Of a DNA stretch of 64,000 nt, positions 1 to 12,100 are shown piece by piece (the stretch's first letter is position 1; each line of letters begins with the position of its first letter). Source of the DNA: Tubiluchus corallicola. Its lineage: Eukaryota > Animalia > Priapulida. The notes beneath the pieces were generated by a model, which was given only the letters and a program-made list of their open reading frames with translations, was not told where the DNA came from and did not search any database. The stretch is taken from positions 17,238 to 81,237 of the forward strand of contig JAQGDQ010000910.1 in NCBI GenBank assembly GCA_030141605.1, given 5' to 3'. The translations under genes and the position numbers were made by a program.

Positions 1-479
1 GTTAGTGCACATTATTAGCTTTAGTGATCTATTAATATGCTAATCTAGAACTCTGGTTAGAGGTTACTTGCTAGTCATTGGCCGGTCAACAAAGAGACGT
101 TTGTCAAGTTTGCACACTTGAACACTATTAAGAATCACGTCAACCTTGAAATTCGTGTTCAAATTTTCGCCAAAAATGTCGGTAGGCTGATATTAATTAA
201 TATGCAGGTAACTCATTAGAAATGTAGCAACGGGCCAAGTGTCACCTAGTTAACATAACACAATATGAAACCAATCAGCTTCTTTGTTTCAACACTGAGG
301 CTTCTGAAAATCTGCAAATTGTAATCTATGATGACAAAACTTGAGTTTTTGAAGCGATGTATCTAAAAAAAACAGCTAAGATGGAAGTACGGAAGATGAG
401 GGGTTTACTCATTTTCAGCTTCAGATGAATTTCAGATGCAGTTTACCCATATTGCAAATTCTTATCTGCATACAACATA

Positions 480-1008
480 AATTTGAAATCTATGGCGAAA
501 TTACAGAAACATTTAGGGTATTAGATGACCAAAGAAAATTTCAAATAAGAATCTATATGCAAAAATAAAAGAAGAACCTTGGACAAGAAAAATAAAAAGA
601 CGCCGTTTAAGATGGATTGGGCACATGCTTAGACTACCTTGATGACATTCCAGTGAAGATAACTTTTCAACAAGCCATAAAACCAGCTAAAAAACCTGTA
701 GGAGGACAAATGTTAAACATATTTAGATTTTGCACAGAAAGATTTAAACACTTCAGCATTGATCCTTAGAAATAAATCCACTTGGGGCATTGCAGCGAGC
801 AGGGAGTCCTGGCATAGGGAGCTGAGCAGAATCATGTCACTGACGTATGATTCATTGCATGATGGATGATGATGATCTGGCATAGGGAGGTTAACAGAAT
901 CATGTCCCTAGACGTATGATTCATTGGATGATGATGATGATGATCTGGCATAGGGAGGTGAGCAGAATCATGTCCCTAGACGTATGATTCATTGGATGAT
1001 GGATGATG
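480..1008 (+). mobile_element. Degenerate 3' end of an RTE-type LINE with (GAT)n tail; last ~70 bp present three times
   Basis: Interrupted translation includes KIKRRRLRWIGHMLRLP and WGIAASRESWHRELSRIMSL, typical of RTE ORF C-termini; same family recurs at 56142-56336. Confidence 0.75.
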
Positions 1009-1659
1009 AACATTATTTCTAAAGATATGGAAATTCAAAACATGCTATAAATGTTACGAGTAAAAATAAACAACATACACATTGTTGTCAAAAATCAATA
1101 AAAGAACAACTAGAAGGAGTTGGGCTTTAAAATGATGCACGTGTTCATCACAAGTACTGAGGTATTTTTGACAACATCTTCAAGCAAATCTGAGATCGTC
1201 ACAAAAAACTCGGCAATTTGACACGCGATCCTCAAACCTAATTTAAAAAAAACTGTAAGGAAAATGTGGCAATATTTGAGATATGATTTGCAAGAACAGT
1301 TTTAGAAAGTCAAAAGGCCAACAAAATTACTGTGTCCAGGTAAAAAAATGATAGTTAATAAAATATCCAGAGAAAATGTGGAAACTATATAGATGAATAT
1401 TAAATGGACATCATTTACGCGGTTACCAATTTCCAATCAACAACATAAAGTTTGCGAGTTAATTAGACAACATCTGCCAAATTACTTGTACCACTTACTT
1501 AGACAACACAGTTTCAATAGCTTTATTGTCAAACCATGAATGATATAAATACAAAATGGCAGAGTTACTTAATGTTGATAGATGTGTGGTTATGGCAGTC
1601 TAAAAAGAGCTTATGGAACAACATTTCATAATACAGATAAACTTGTTGTAAAAATAACA

Positions 1660-1965
1660 ACAAACTTTTCCCAACAATGCGTTGCCTCTGTTGAAAACGC
1701 AAATAAAATTCTTGAGACGAAAAATTGTTTCTAGAAATTATAAGAATTAGTTTGGTTAGATCTCATCTAGAATACTGTGTGCAGCTTTGGTGTGACAGCA
1801 GTGAACGAACAGAATAATTTGCCTGCCACTGTGATTGCCTCACCAACCATATTAAAATTTAAATCTTGAACTGACAATTACTTTGTGGAAAAATATTTGA
1901 TTTCCATGAGTGTGCTCGTTTAACCTTTAAATCACGACAGTATAACAAGACCCACATTTAAATGT
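1660..1965 (+). mobile_element. CR1-like LINE 3' remnant
   Basis: Fragments translate to FSQQCVASVENANKIL and LVRSHLEYCVQLW; related tail at ~32390-32700. Confidence 0.6.
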
Positions 1966-2471
1966 AAATACTAATTATTATTAAAAACCAATTTTGTACT
2001 GCTTGCAAAGACCATCTATAGATGTGTTTTGAGCACATATAATCGCCAAATTGTTTTGAGAAGTAACACTGCATCTTATTAACACAATTCTCTAATGTGA
2101 ACTACAAAAGCAACAAAGATATTTACATTTCATAATTAATTTTGTGTAGTCTGTATCGAGTGCAATCTTATCAGGAAAGTTAGAGAAATAAGTACATACA
2201 TTAAATGTTAGTTACCATGACCAATTCCGAATTCCAAACATTTACAAGCACGTGCGTGATTACAATAATTACGGAAGAATAATTACCGATATTTAAAAAT
2301 AAATAGGCCCCCAAAAGAATGTTACACTAGTCATTACTTCCTACTCAGGACCCCAATCTTAGTACGTCGAATTAGCCTAAAGTGGTCAAACATGGAGCGC
2401 CGTATCAATTAAATGCCAAAGCTTACCTATAGAAAAGTAATTTTTATCAACAAAATTCTCAGAAATCTTAC

Positions 2472-2537
2472 CTGAGTAGCGTTTTCGTTATTTGCAGCAG
2501 ACCCTATCATAACCCTCCTGACCGCTATCGCCGCCAT
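2472..2537 (-). CDS. Probable first coding exon of an unidentified gene running off the left of the window (MAAIAVRRVMIGSAANNENATQ)
   Basis: ATGGCGGCG start, 22 codons, strong phase-0 donor CAG|GTAAGA, CpG-rich context; no downstream exon recognised. Confidence 0.55.
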
Positions 2538-2559
2538 CAAGCTACTGCCAAAACAACGA

Positions 2560-2645
2560 ACATCACGTGAGTAAACGACATCGTGGGGCGCGTTTGTTTA
2601 CAGGGATTTAAATGTTCAAGTTCCCGGCTTCGCAATCAGCTGATA
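2560..2645 (-). promoter_or_regulatory. Putative promoter/5'UTR motifs of the minus-strand gene
   Basis: Minus strand reads GCCGGGAA-CTTGAA (E2F/CDE-like plus CHR-like), TTTAAA, GTAAACAAA (forkhead-like) and TCACGTGA (E-box) within ~100 bp of the ATG. Confidence 0.35.
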
Positions 2646-2972
2646 ATTCGGTTTATTGATGTAGCTGAAACTGCTTTGCAGATGGTCATAAAAAAGCCTT
2701 AAGGCGCATATACACACGCAGTAAGCCAATTGACACACTATATATAATTATATCACTATATAATTATACAGCCGTTACATAATTATGTATTATAATTTTA
2801 ATGCAGTGCATTTATGAACAAACATCGAAAATGGTTAATGGTTTTAGCTTATTAGTAAATTACTTTATGCAAGAAACCAAGAATAACTTCAGCTCCTACA
2901 ACGCACAAAGTTAATTCTTATTACAGGCACATAAAAATTTTAATTTATAGTTAAAAACAAGAAAACTTTATT

Positions 2973-3172
2973 AAAAACTTTTACATTAAAAAGTTAAAAC
3001 TTAAAATCATGTCGAACGTTTCGGACAAGCTGCTGCTGTCATCATCAGTGGTAAATTTACAAACACACAAACTGCTTGTATGTATTTAAACGTACCACTG
3101 GGGATGACAGAGTCAACTAGTCGAAACGTTTGGCATGATTTTAACTTTTGACTTCTTAATGTAAAAGTTTTT
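2973..3172. mobile_element. Inverted pair of Penelope-like termini, each with a minimal hammerhead-like core
   Basis: Inverted arms ~2973-3053 and ~3093-3172; minus arm CCA-CTGATGA-TGACAG..TTGTCC-GAAACGTT, plus arm CCA-CTGGGGA-TGAC..GTC-GAAACGTT-TGG. Confidence 0.55.
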
Positions 3173-3654
3173 AGACACACAAAATTATTTTACAAAAAGG
3201 CTTAGTTATTTGACAAAGTAATTATTAGGGTAGCAAACAGGCAGCCTAAAGACTTTTCACAATTTTATAACTTTTATCATTTTTATGTAGCCGCCTGAGC
3301 TGAAGTAAAACTGAATTGAATTGAACTGACTTATTCGTTCATAATATTAACTTCAAGGTTGTTATTATTATTATTGATTATAGGAAATCGATACGTCTTT
3401 GCTGAAGCCAAGTTTGCTCGAACGCAAGGAAATGTGAAAAACTTAAAACAAAACCTGTATGTGTTTGACGCAGGAATCTTTTGTTTAAAAACTAATTGTG
3501 TTTAGAGATCAGATAGCAAATTTAACATTCTCTTACGCACAGCCTATTTCACGGGGGGGGGGAGGGGGTGTGTGGGAATACTTCTCCGGGGCCTCACCCT
3601 CCAGGGGGCCTCGCGCCAAGGTAACTTTTTTTTTGCTTCGTGCTAACATACTGC

Positions 3655-3662
3655 CTCTCCCC

Positions 3663-3753
<91 letters not shown>
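3655..3753. repeat. (CT)n microsatellite
   Basis: Direct reading. Confidence 0.95.
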
Positions 3754-4887
3754 TGCCGCACGCACGCCGTTTGCCAGTATTGACAAGTATTAAGGACTGG
3801 TCTTAAGAATAAAGCAGTTTTTCTTTCAATTGTTCTTTTCTTTAGCAACTGTATAACTCCATATTTTCTCTTCGAAAATGCTTCTCCGGCATTTTAGGGC
3901 ATCCTAGCTGTTCAAAATTTTTCTGGGCGGCAACCGTCGTGGCGAACCCCCGAGGGGGCCTCACACGCCCCACTTCCCCGAGCCTCGCTTAGGCTAAAAT
4001 AGGTCCTGCAGTCTTACGTACATGATTATGGATTTGAACCCACAGCTGCAGCAAGTCTTTCACTTATAATGCATGACTGTAGCAGTAAACAGATTAATTC
4101 AGATTCTAAATTAAGATAATCTAATTAATTAATTAAATTAATCTAATTATAGTTCTTAGTAATTTCTCGAAGGTGGGAAAACCAAACCCATAAACTTGGA
4201 AATGTTGAATTGGTTGACAGTTACAATAATTTAATCAATTAGAACCTGAATGACTGCTAACAGTCCGTCACTTTATAAGCAGAAGGCATGGTTCAAATCC
4301 AGGTTGTTTTCCGACTTTTAGCATTTCTTTTTTTAGGGCAAGTTTGGTTTCTAATTCAGCAGTGTGGGTTTATTTGCATATCAGTAACTAAAGATGACAG
4401 GATTCAGACAATTGCCAAAAAAATAGAAATCTTATGACCTAAAACCACCTTAATAATAATAATATAGAAACTATAGAGTGTAGCGCAGCTTTTGTTAGAG
4501 GTTACAGAAAAGGGAAAAAGAAAAAACGAGATGCGAATAGAACAATTTCATGGCTGATGTTTAGCGTGGATTTTGCAGACCGCAGTGCCTGCAATCTTCA
4601 GGTGTATGATCGGAGACCCGAAGAGAGATCGGGATTGAAATCAAACTGCTTCTACAACTCTTTCAGATGACTTACTATCTTTTTTAAACATTAATTACAT
4701 AAGTTATTGATTATTAATCATTATATATTAATTTGTATTAATTATGTAATTATCAATTAAATTAGTAAATCCTACTATTATGCCTTTTGAATATGAACAA
4801 TGCAATGGCGTGTTCGTCGTTCAGTTGTGTCTTTTTGGATCATTTTTATTTCCGGTTTGTCTTTCAAGACAGCATTTATGTATTTGG

Positions 4888-5326
4888 TAGGGGTGAGCAT
4901 TCTCTACCAGAAAGCGAATTCGAATCGAACCGAATTTGTGACTTTCGAATTCGAATCGAACCGAACTTCAGTGTTTCGAATTCGAACCGAATTCGAATTG
5001 AGATTGAATTATTTTCGAATAAGTTTTCGAACCAACTGTAAAAATTAGTCTTACAAAGATCATGCACATCACTAGATTTTATTCTGCAATAAAACGACTA
5101 GTAATTTGTTTAAAATTCTGCACAGAAATCACAGCTAAATTATGCTAATTGCATGATGCTTTAATGGTTTTAATGATCAGGAACATATGTGATTGAAGTG
5201 CTGAATTATTCGAATCTATAGTTTTGGATTCGAATCAAGTTCGAACTAAAAAACTCGTTCGAATCGAATTCGAGCGTTCGAATTCGATTCTAATGTTCGA
5301 ACTCGAACGTTCGATGCTCACCCCTA
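4888..5326. mobile_element. hAT-type MITE with subterminal TTCGAA repeats
   Basis: TIR TAGGGGTGAGCAT/ATGCTCACCCCTA; 8-bp TSD GTATTTGG at 4880-4887 and 5327-5334; fragments also at ~10075-10105 and ~17910-18020. Confidence 0.85.
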
Positions 5327-7006
5327 GTATTTGGCTGGGTATCAGGCATTTCAGTACTATACTGCTCCAAATATACTGCTCATGATTGCAAGCAGTGAGG
5401 GGCACACATAGTTTCCTCAATTGAGGGCACAGTAGATTCTCTGTTTACTTTGGCGCAATAAATTATTCTGTCTATTAACTATTATTCGTTGTTTTTGTAT
5501 CCTCCCCTAGCAAAATGTTAACTATGTCATATCCGTCATTATTATTATTATTATTAAGTATAATAATGGTAAAGTGTAAAAAATTGTTGCTAGTTTAATT
5601 GTGGACAAGTACCTACTGAATGATAAATTAGAAACGTTATTAAGCTCTAAGCTGTCTACTAACCATTAACCAAAGTCTCGTTAATGTTGAAACTTGAAAA
5701 TCGCAAATCTGTCGATACAGACAACTAAGTCTTTGCAAGTTCACAAATTCATAAAGTTTTTTGTGCGCGACGCATTAGCGATTTTCACACCACTTTTCGC
5801 ATTATGGCTGCGTCCATGGAATTGTAAAATTTTGCTTTTAGAAACGTTTTTATACGCTTCTACTATGTAATCGCAAGTTGTATGGAAAAACTGTCAAATG
5901 TTAAGGGACCATTTGATGCTATCTAGTGGAAATCCTTGGTTATTGAAGTTATATGGTATTTATGTTTCTTTTATCATGTATATTTACAGATTTTTTTTGA
6001 GTACCGTTGGCTAGATTTTTTAGTAATCACAAGGTTTCATGCAATAGTGCAAAACTTTCTGTCCAGTCAATGTGGGTTTTAACTTTTAATTTAAAATCTA
6101 TCTGTATAAAGTATAATTTACAGCATTACGTGGATGAACAATACGTAGGATTTTCTATAATTATATAACTATATACAATTATAGAAAATCATACGTATTG
6201 CTCATCCAGTCTATTAAGCGGCGTCAACTGTATATACAGTAGGCGCCGCTTAATAGACTCATTTTTGGACAGAAGTGTTTGACTCTATTTAACTGTAGTG
6301 CTAGTTGCATAGAAGTATGAATCATCAGTTTAGCATGCACTGCAACAACGGCTTTTAATGAATTTTAAAAACGAAGTAATACCTAAATGCCTATGCAGTT
6401 ATTTAAAACTATTAATTTATAAACTGAATTAATAAAAAAGAAAAGAAAAACGTTTACATTTCTAAAGCACAAAAGTCCGTTCTGTTTATTTACAAGATTA
6501 ACAAAAAGTCATTGAAGGTCGGCTGATTTATTTTTTTTGCGAAGTTCACTCACAAAGTTTTCACTTGTAAGTCACAAGGAATACTGGTACTGGTAGATTA
6601 CGGTACCTGCCTCTGTGGTATAATAATAATATTTTTTTAGTATAATGGTATACTAATGTTTCCTAAATTAAACTGATAACATTAATGCCCACCAGTGTCT
6701 AAAAAATCTTTTTATCTATATTCGGTAAAGGATAGCAGACTAGGTGACTTTATAGCCTTTTCGCAATCTATCTATACATTTTAACCATTCTTCAAGACTT
6801 ATTAGCGATTCTTTTATTAATCATGTTTTATTGTAGCACTATAAAGAGATAAATAAATTAAAATTGAATTGAATATACAGCAACTGTTAACTGATTTCTG
6901 TGAAAGGCATTTAGTGTTATTGAAAAGCAAATCACTAGACAGGTGATTAAATGTTTAGCTTCGAGAAATTCGTGGGTGACAGGGTTAATTGGAGTAAACA
7001 CGCAGG

Positions 7007-7589
7007 TAGGGTTACCATGCTTCCGGGTTTTCTCGGACACGTTCTCTTTTTGGGCCTCTGTCCGGGCGGGTTTTCAAAAAATTGGCAGTTTGTCCGGGTT
7101 TTGCCTCGATCTGTAAGTATGCACGGACGTTGCCAACTGCAGAGGCGTACGGCAGTACGAGACAAAGAAAAGCTCGTTAATTTTCAATACAAGATGTTGC
7201 TAACATCTGAAAATGCAACCCTTGTAAAAGCTTTGTGTACATATTTACTGAACAAAAGCAAGCGATGCACACATCACTACGGGTCACACGACTCACACCG
7301 CTGTCGATACTCGGCGTATTCGCTAACGACTTAAAATGACATCAGCTTCCGGGAGCCATTTTGTTTGTTTTTATGTGAATTTCTTTAAATTTCTATAGTT
7401 TTGCTGTTTTGCAGTTTTGAGCGTAACTGATAAAAGTTAATTAGAAAGTAGCAATGCCAAAACGACAGTTTGCATTTACAGATGAAATGAAGGCCGAGTA
7501 CCCGTGTTTTCACGCAGGTCCATATTACTGGGAAGCCGGATGCTCGACACGTGGTCCTCTTTTTCAACTCAGACAATATGGTAACCCTA
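7007..7589. mobile_element. hAT-type MITE
   Basis: TIR TAGGGTTACCAT/ATGGTAACCCTA; perfect 8-bp TSD CACGCAGG at 6999-7006 and 7590-7597. Confidence 0.88.
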
Positions 7590-7605
7590 CACGCAGGTCA
7601 AAGCA

Positions 7606-7728
7606 AAACCGCTAGACTAGCATATTAGCATATGCTAAAAGTTCCTACTTAGAAACAGTCACATCAACTCCCATTTTGTTCATAAGTAGGAACTTTTAGC
7701 ATATGCTAATATGCTAGTCTAGCGGTTT
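7606..7728. repeat. Perfect 46-bp inverted repeat with 31-bp spacer
   Basis: Arms 7606-7651 and 7683-7728 are exact reverse complements. Confidence 0.9.
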
Positions 7729-7832
7729 ATATTTATATATATTTATGTATATTTATAGAACAGAAGTGAACTAAGGTGATATAAAAGTCAAAAAAGCTTA
7801 TTGGTCGTACAAAAGTGCCTTACTGAAGCATG

Positions 7833-8095
7833 TAATAATAATAATAATAATAATATTTATTTAAAGTCGGCTTTTGGGTCAGCAATTAACATTAGCTCAA
7901 AGAGCTATTATCGCCGACTGTAAATAACAACCTACAACTACAGAACAGAGACTATTATTACCCCACTTTTACCCTAAATACCACTCGTCAGGCAGGGCAA
8001 CAGCAGGTAAGTCTTTGGTATGACCCGGCCGCTGGTTCGAACTCACGACCTCCCAGACAGAAAGCAGACGCGTTACCACTAGACTAAATCGTCTG
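7833..8095 (-). mobile_element. tRNA-derived SINE with Meta/MESC-like core and (ATT)n tail
   Basis: Minus strand: A box TAGTCTAGTGG, B box GAGTTCGAACC, then GGTCATACCAAAGAC; second copy at 51540-51749. Confidence 0.75.
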
Positions 8096-8285
8096 GTCGT
8101 GTATGTGAAGCCAATTATGCAAAGTTATTTGAGTCTATTATTGGCAGTTTTTATGTATACATAGAAACGATCTGTACCGAGTGTTTCTGAGTCAGTTAAG
8201 TAACTGATTCTATTAACCATGAGTCTAATAAATCGTGCCTACTGTATATACATATATATAATCATTTTGTGTATATACACACATA

Positions 8286-8343
<58 letters not shown>

Positions 8344-8637
8344 TTCGTAGTTTGTATTACTTCTAATAAAACATTTATATATTTATATATATATAAATGT
8401 TCTAATTACAAGTAATACAAATTACAAAAGCTTTGTATTCTAGTCCATGGAAACATGGCACTGTAAGAAAGCAGTTGTTATGAATATAGCGCTGAGCCTA
8501 TTACTTGACATTTCACAGTCGGAACATTATCACAAACTTGGCTTCTTTAATGCCCTGCAACACAAATCATTTAAATGGGTAGCCATTCGTTTTTTTCATC
8601 ATCTGCTTCTTATGACGTATCTTACTGTTTGTCAAAC

Positions 8638-8989
8638 TGTCGTGGAGATCGCTGACGTCAAGTAGAATTGCATGGAACATTGTAGAATGTTCCGTCGGGA
8701 TGACCGCCTTAGCGTCTGGATTGTTCTCGAACATTTATTCCGGAAGTTTCTACAGCGCGCTATATAAGGCGAAGCAGGCTGCCGACACGGGATCGCAGAT
8801 CTAACACGGACTTATACTTATGCTTTTATAATTATGTAAACGTTTTCCAGATTTTCTCGTTTATTGTAATCATTTCAAAGTTCCTTCATTTTGGTGTTCT
8901 AGAGAATTCTCGCTCAATAAAGCAATAACATTTAACAGCGTGTTTTCAGGTTTTCTCTGCGAGCCTTCCGAGAGAAACAAAACACAACA
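8638..8989 (+). mobile_element. Solo LTR (352 bp)
   Basis: TGT...ACA ends; 5-bp TSD CAAAC at 8633-8637 and 8990-8994; TATATAA at 8761 and AATAAA at 8916. Confidence 0.75.
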
Positions 8990-9128
8990 CAAACATTGAA
9001 TTATCGGAAACTTTTTTTATTGTTTTTAATGTATTAATTTTGTGTTTTTGTGTTGATGTGAATTAATGAATCTTGAATCGATCTAGAATCAGCGAATGAC
9101 CTTGTTCTTTGTAGGTCTCGTGTAAACA

Positions 9129-12100
9129 ATGGTCGAAGAACCAGAAAGTAGCAAAGATGTAGAAGACAATGAGGCTGGTGACGTTACCATGGTGATTCCA
9201 CACATACGTCAGAGTTATAACTGGGACTGCGGCCTGGCTTGTGTCAAAATGGTGCTAAAGTGAGCTCAAGGAGCACATGTTTGCTTGCATATCAAAACCG
9301 TCCATAAGTGGGGATAGTTAAAACTGCGTTACGATGCTTCAGAGTAGAATGCACCAAAAATTTGGTCAAATGTCAATTTTCAATTTTTATAAAAACAAAC
9401 GCTAAATATATTGGACTTTTATATTCTAGCATCAAATTATCAGGAAAATGTTCAAAAAACTCAAAAAATGTAATTTTATTACCCCGTACCCACTTTTCTG
9501 CCTAAAAATTAGTACTACTATTGAGAAAAACTTATATTTTCAAACTCCATTGTAGCTTCAAGTTTCTGTTACCAAACCCAGATCTTCGTCAGGAAGGGCC
9601 ATCTACTGGACTTAAATGTAACTTCAATGTGTTCTTGCAAAATCCAGCATTTGTGCGGTTGCTAAGAGCTTTGTAGAAATGCGACAAAAAACAATGGCTG
9701 ACTTTAACAGTGATTTTCTCAAGGTTATGTTTTTCAGTGTGCAGCCTGCACCTCAACTTCAACGTGGATTATCTCAGCTTAGAAATAACATAGAGTGATG
9801 AACTTGGTATCAAAATGATGCTCATGAAATGCAGATTCAGGATTTGTGAATAACTTGAAAAATTTAGTTGCCGACTTATCGACAATTTTGATATGCAAGC
9901 AACACATATTAATAGTTTCTCTTTCTTAGAATGGTATAAGGCTGACAATAAAATACTTCTGTTTCTAATCGTGCGGGTAATTTTTTTTATTGCGCTTGTT
10001 ATCCCTGCATTATGTCTTAAACGAAATTATTTTATCATCATCATCACCACCACCACCACCGCCTAAAAAACTCAATTGAATTCGAATGTAAGATTCTCAC
10101 CCCTAATCGTGCAGCGGTTCCGAAACTTTATGGATAAATGATTTATCCCGGGATCTGCGTTAATTTTTTTCAGATATTTTTATCCCGACGTGGATTTTTC
10201 AGATTTCGAAGAAAAATGCGACTCTGTTGGATTTCATCAAACGTAGGTAACTTTTGGTTTAGATTTTTTCATTTTCTAAATTAAAAAAAACGCTCTTGAA
10301 TATTCCATTTCATATCTGTGGTCTCTGTTAAAATGAACTGTATGCCACCGTTGTCTCAACAATGAAGATTACCTGTCAATTGCTTCTGATATTATGCAGG
10401 TAAATTTTTAAATTCAAACATTTAAAAGGAAATACAGAGCAATGATTCTCAACAAGTACAACACTTTTTAATTTCCCATACCTACTGCAGCAGTCATACC
10501 ACAATCCTGGTACAGATTATGCAAAACAAGGCATCATTGATAAATCTTTAGAGCTGATGTCAACATAGCACAATCTATCATCTTTCTTCCTACCATTTCC
10601 ACTAACACATCCTTCTACTCTTCCTGTGTGATCTAACCTTTCTCCCAGTTCTTTTTTTGTTCACTCATCCATTCTTTTTTTATCGGGTTCACATGACAGT
10701 GGGCTTATACAAGCCTTTGCTTCTCTAGCCCACAGCAGTACAATTATTCTTTTATGATAACGATAATGTATGAAACATAATAATTTAATACAGTAGATGT
10801 AATAATTTTGATGTCACTGTGTGCTTAATGTCATTATATTGTACTGAATGCGATAATAATAAACTAAAACTAAAGGTGTCGAGATGTTAGATGTTAGTGT
10901 AATGTTAGAGATACGTGGGTTTACCTGTAAAGAATTAGAATTGTTGCTTAACTTTGTGTTGACCAGCTGTGGCTCATAGCTAAATTTATTAGGGGTGCTG
11001 CTTCAGAAAATTTTTAGCCATTGTTTTAATACTGTGTAAAACAAAACAAACATATGTAATTTTATTGTTGCGATTTCTAATTGTATTTTTTTATACAAAC
11101 AAACAAACATTTGAAAGTTTACGCATAAACTTGATAAAATCCTAAACAATAAAATATTTGTTGCTTACTAATAGCCTAAATTGTCACAGTTTGAGCTTGG
11201 TAAATCCACGGTAAGCATGTGACAACTATCAACAAACTGTGTGAGTGACAGTACTTTCTCTATCTGGGCTCAGACATATTATTCCACATAGGTTGACACG
11301 GTAAGCACGTGACAACTATCAACAAACTGTGTGAGTGACAATACTTTTTCTACCTGGGCTCAGATGTATTATTCCACATAGGTGGTCACAGTAAGCACGT
11401 GACAACTATCAACAAACTGTGTGAGTAACAGTACTTCTTCTACTTGTGTTGTATTTCAATTTCACTTTGGTTTTTCTCTTCAGCATTTGGACGGTGGATC
11501 TCGTCTATGTTTTGAAGCAGTACGGAGTTGATTCGTTGTTTTGCACGTTGACGTTGGGTGTTGATACCGGATATTCAAAAGTGGTGAGGCTTTTCTTCTT
11601 TCTAAGAGGCTTAAAGGGCAAGAAAAGGGGTACCTGAATTAGGTTTCAGAAAAATCGCCTTAAAAGTTGTATTATTTTAGCAATTTTATGTGTATATCGT
11701 ACTCGTGTTGAAAGGAATTTTTTTATTTTAAAACTCTCGCAATACTTTTCAGACCACGCCATTACTTGATGTCACACACGCACTACGTAAATCACGGGAA
11801 GAAAAGAAAACGTTAAATTATGTCCCAAAAGACTTTCCATGCAAAGTTATATTACTTAGCTTTTCACTAACCTGTTTGAAAGGCTTATGTAACTAGAAAA
11901 GAAAATTATTAATTATTTAAAAAGCTTTCACCATTTAGTAAAATATCTCTGACTCCACCCCCCAGGGTGCAGCACTTACTAACCAAAAAACAAATATTTA
12001 AACTTATTGACAAGATATGGTAAGTAAAATTTTACACAGTCAGAGACGTGTGCGCTATGATTGGTCCGATTATTTTTTCAAACTTTACCTGATATTATCT

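Larger units (their letters stand above)
6237..8244. mobile_element. Old pogo/Tc1-like non-autonomous element carrying nested insertions
   Basis: Imperfect 24-bp TIR (CAGTAGGCGCCGCTTAATAGACTC versus reverse complement CAGTAGGCACGATTTATTAGACTC), flanked by TA. Confidence 0.5.

Noticed and set aside
4915-5315. Heat-shock element cluster
   Set aside because: The repeats are mostly TTCGAA without the 2-nt HSE spacing and are subterminal repeats of a hAT MITE
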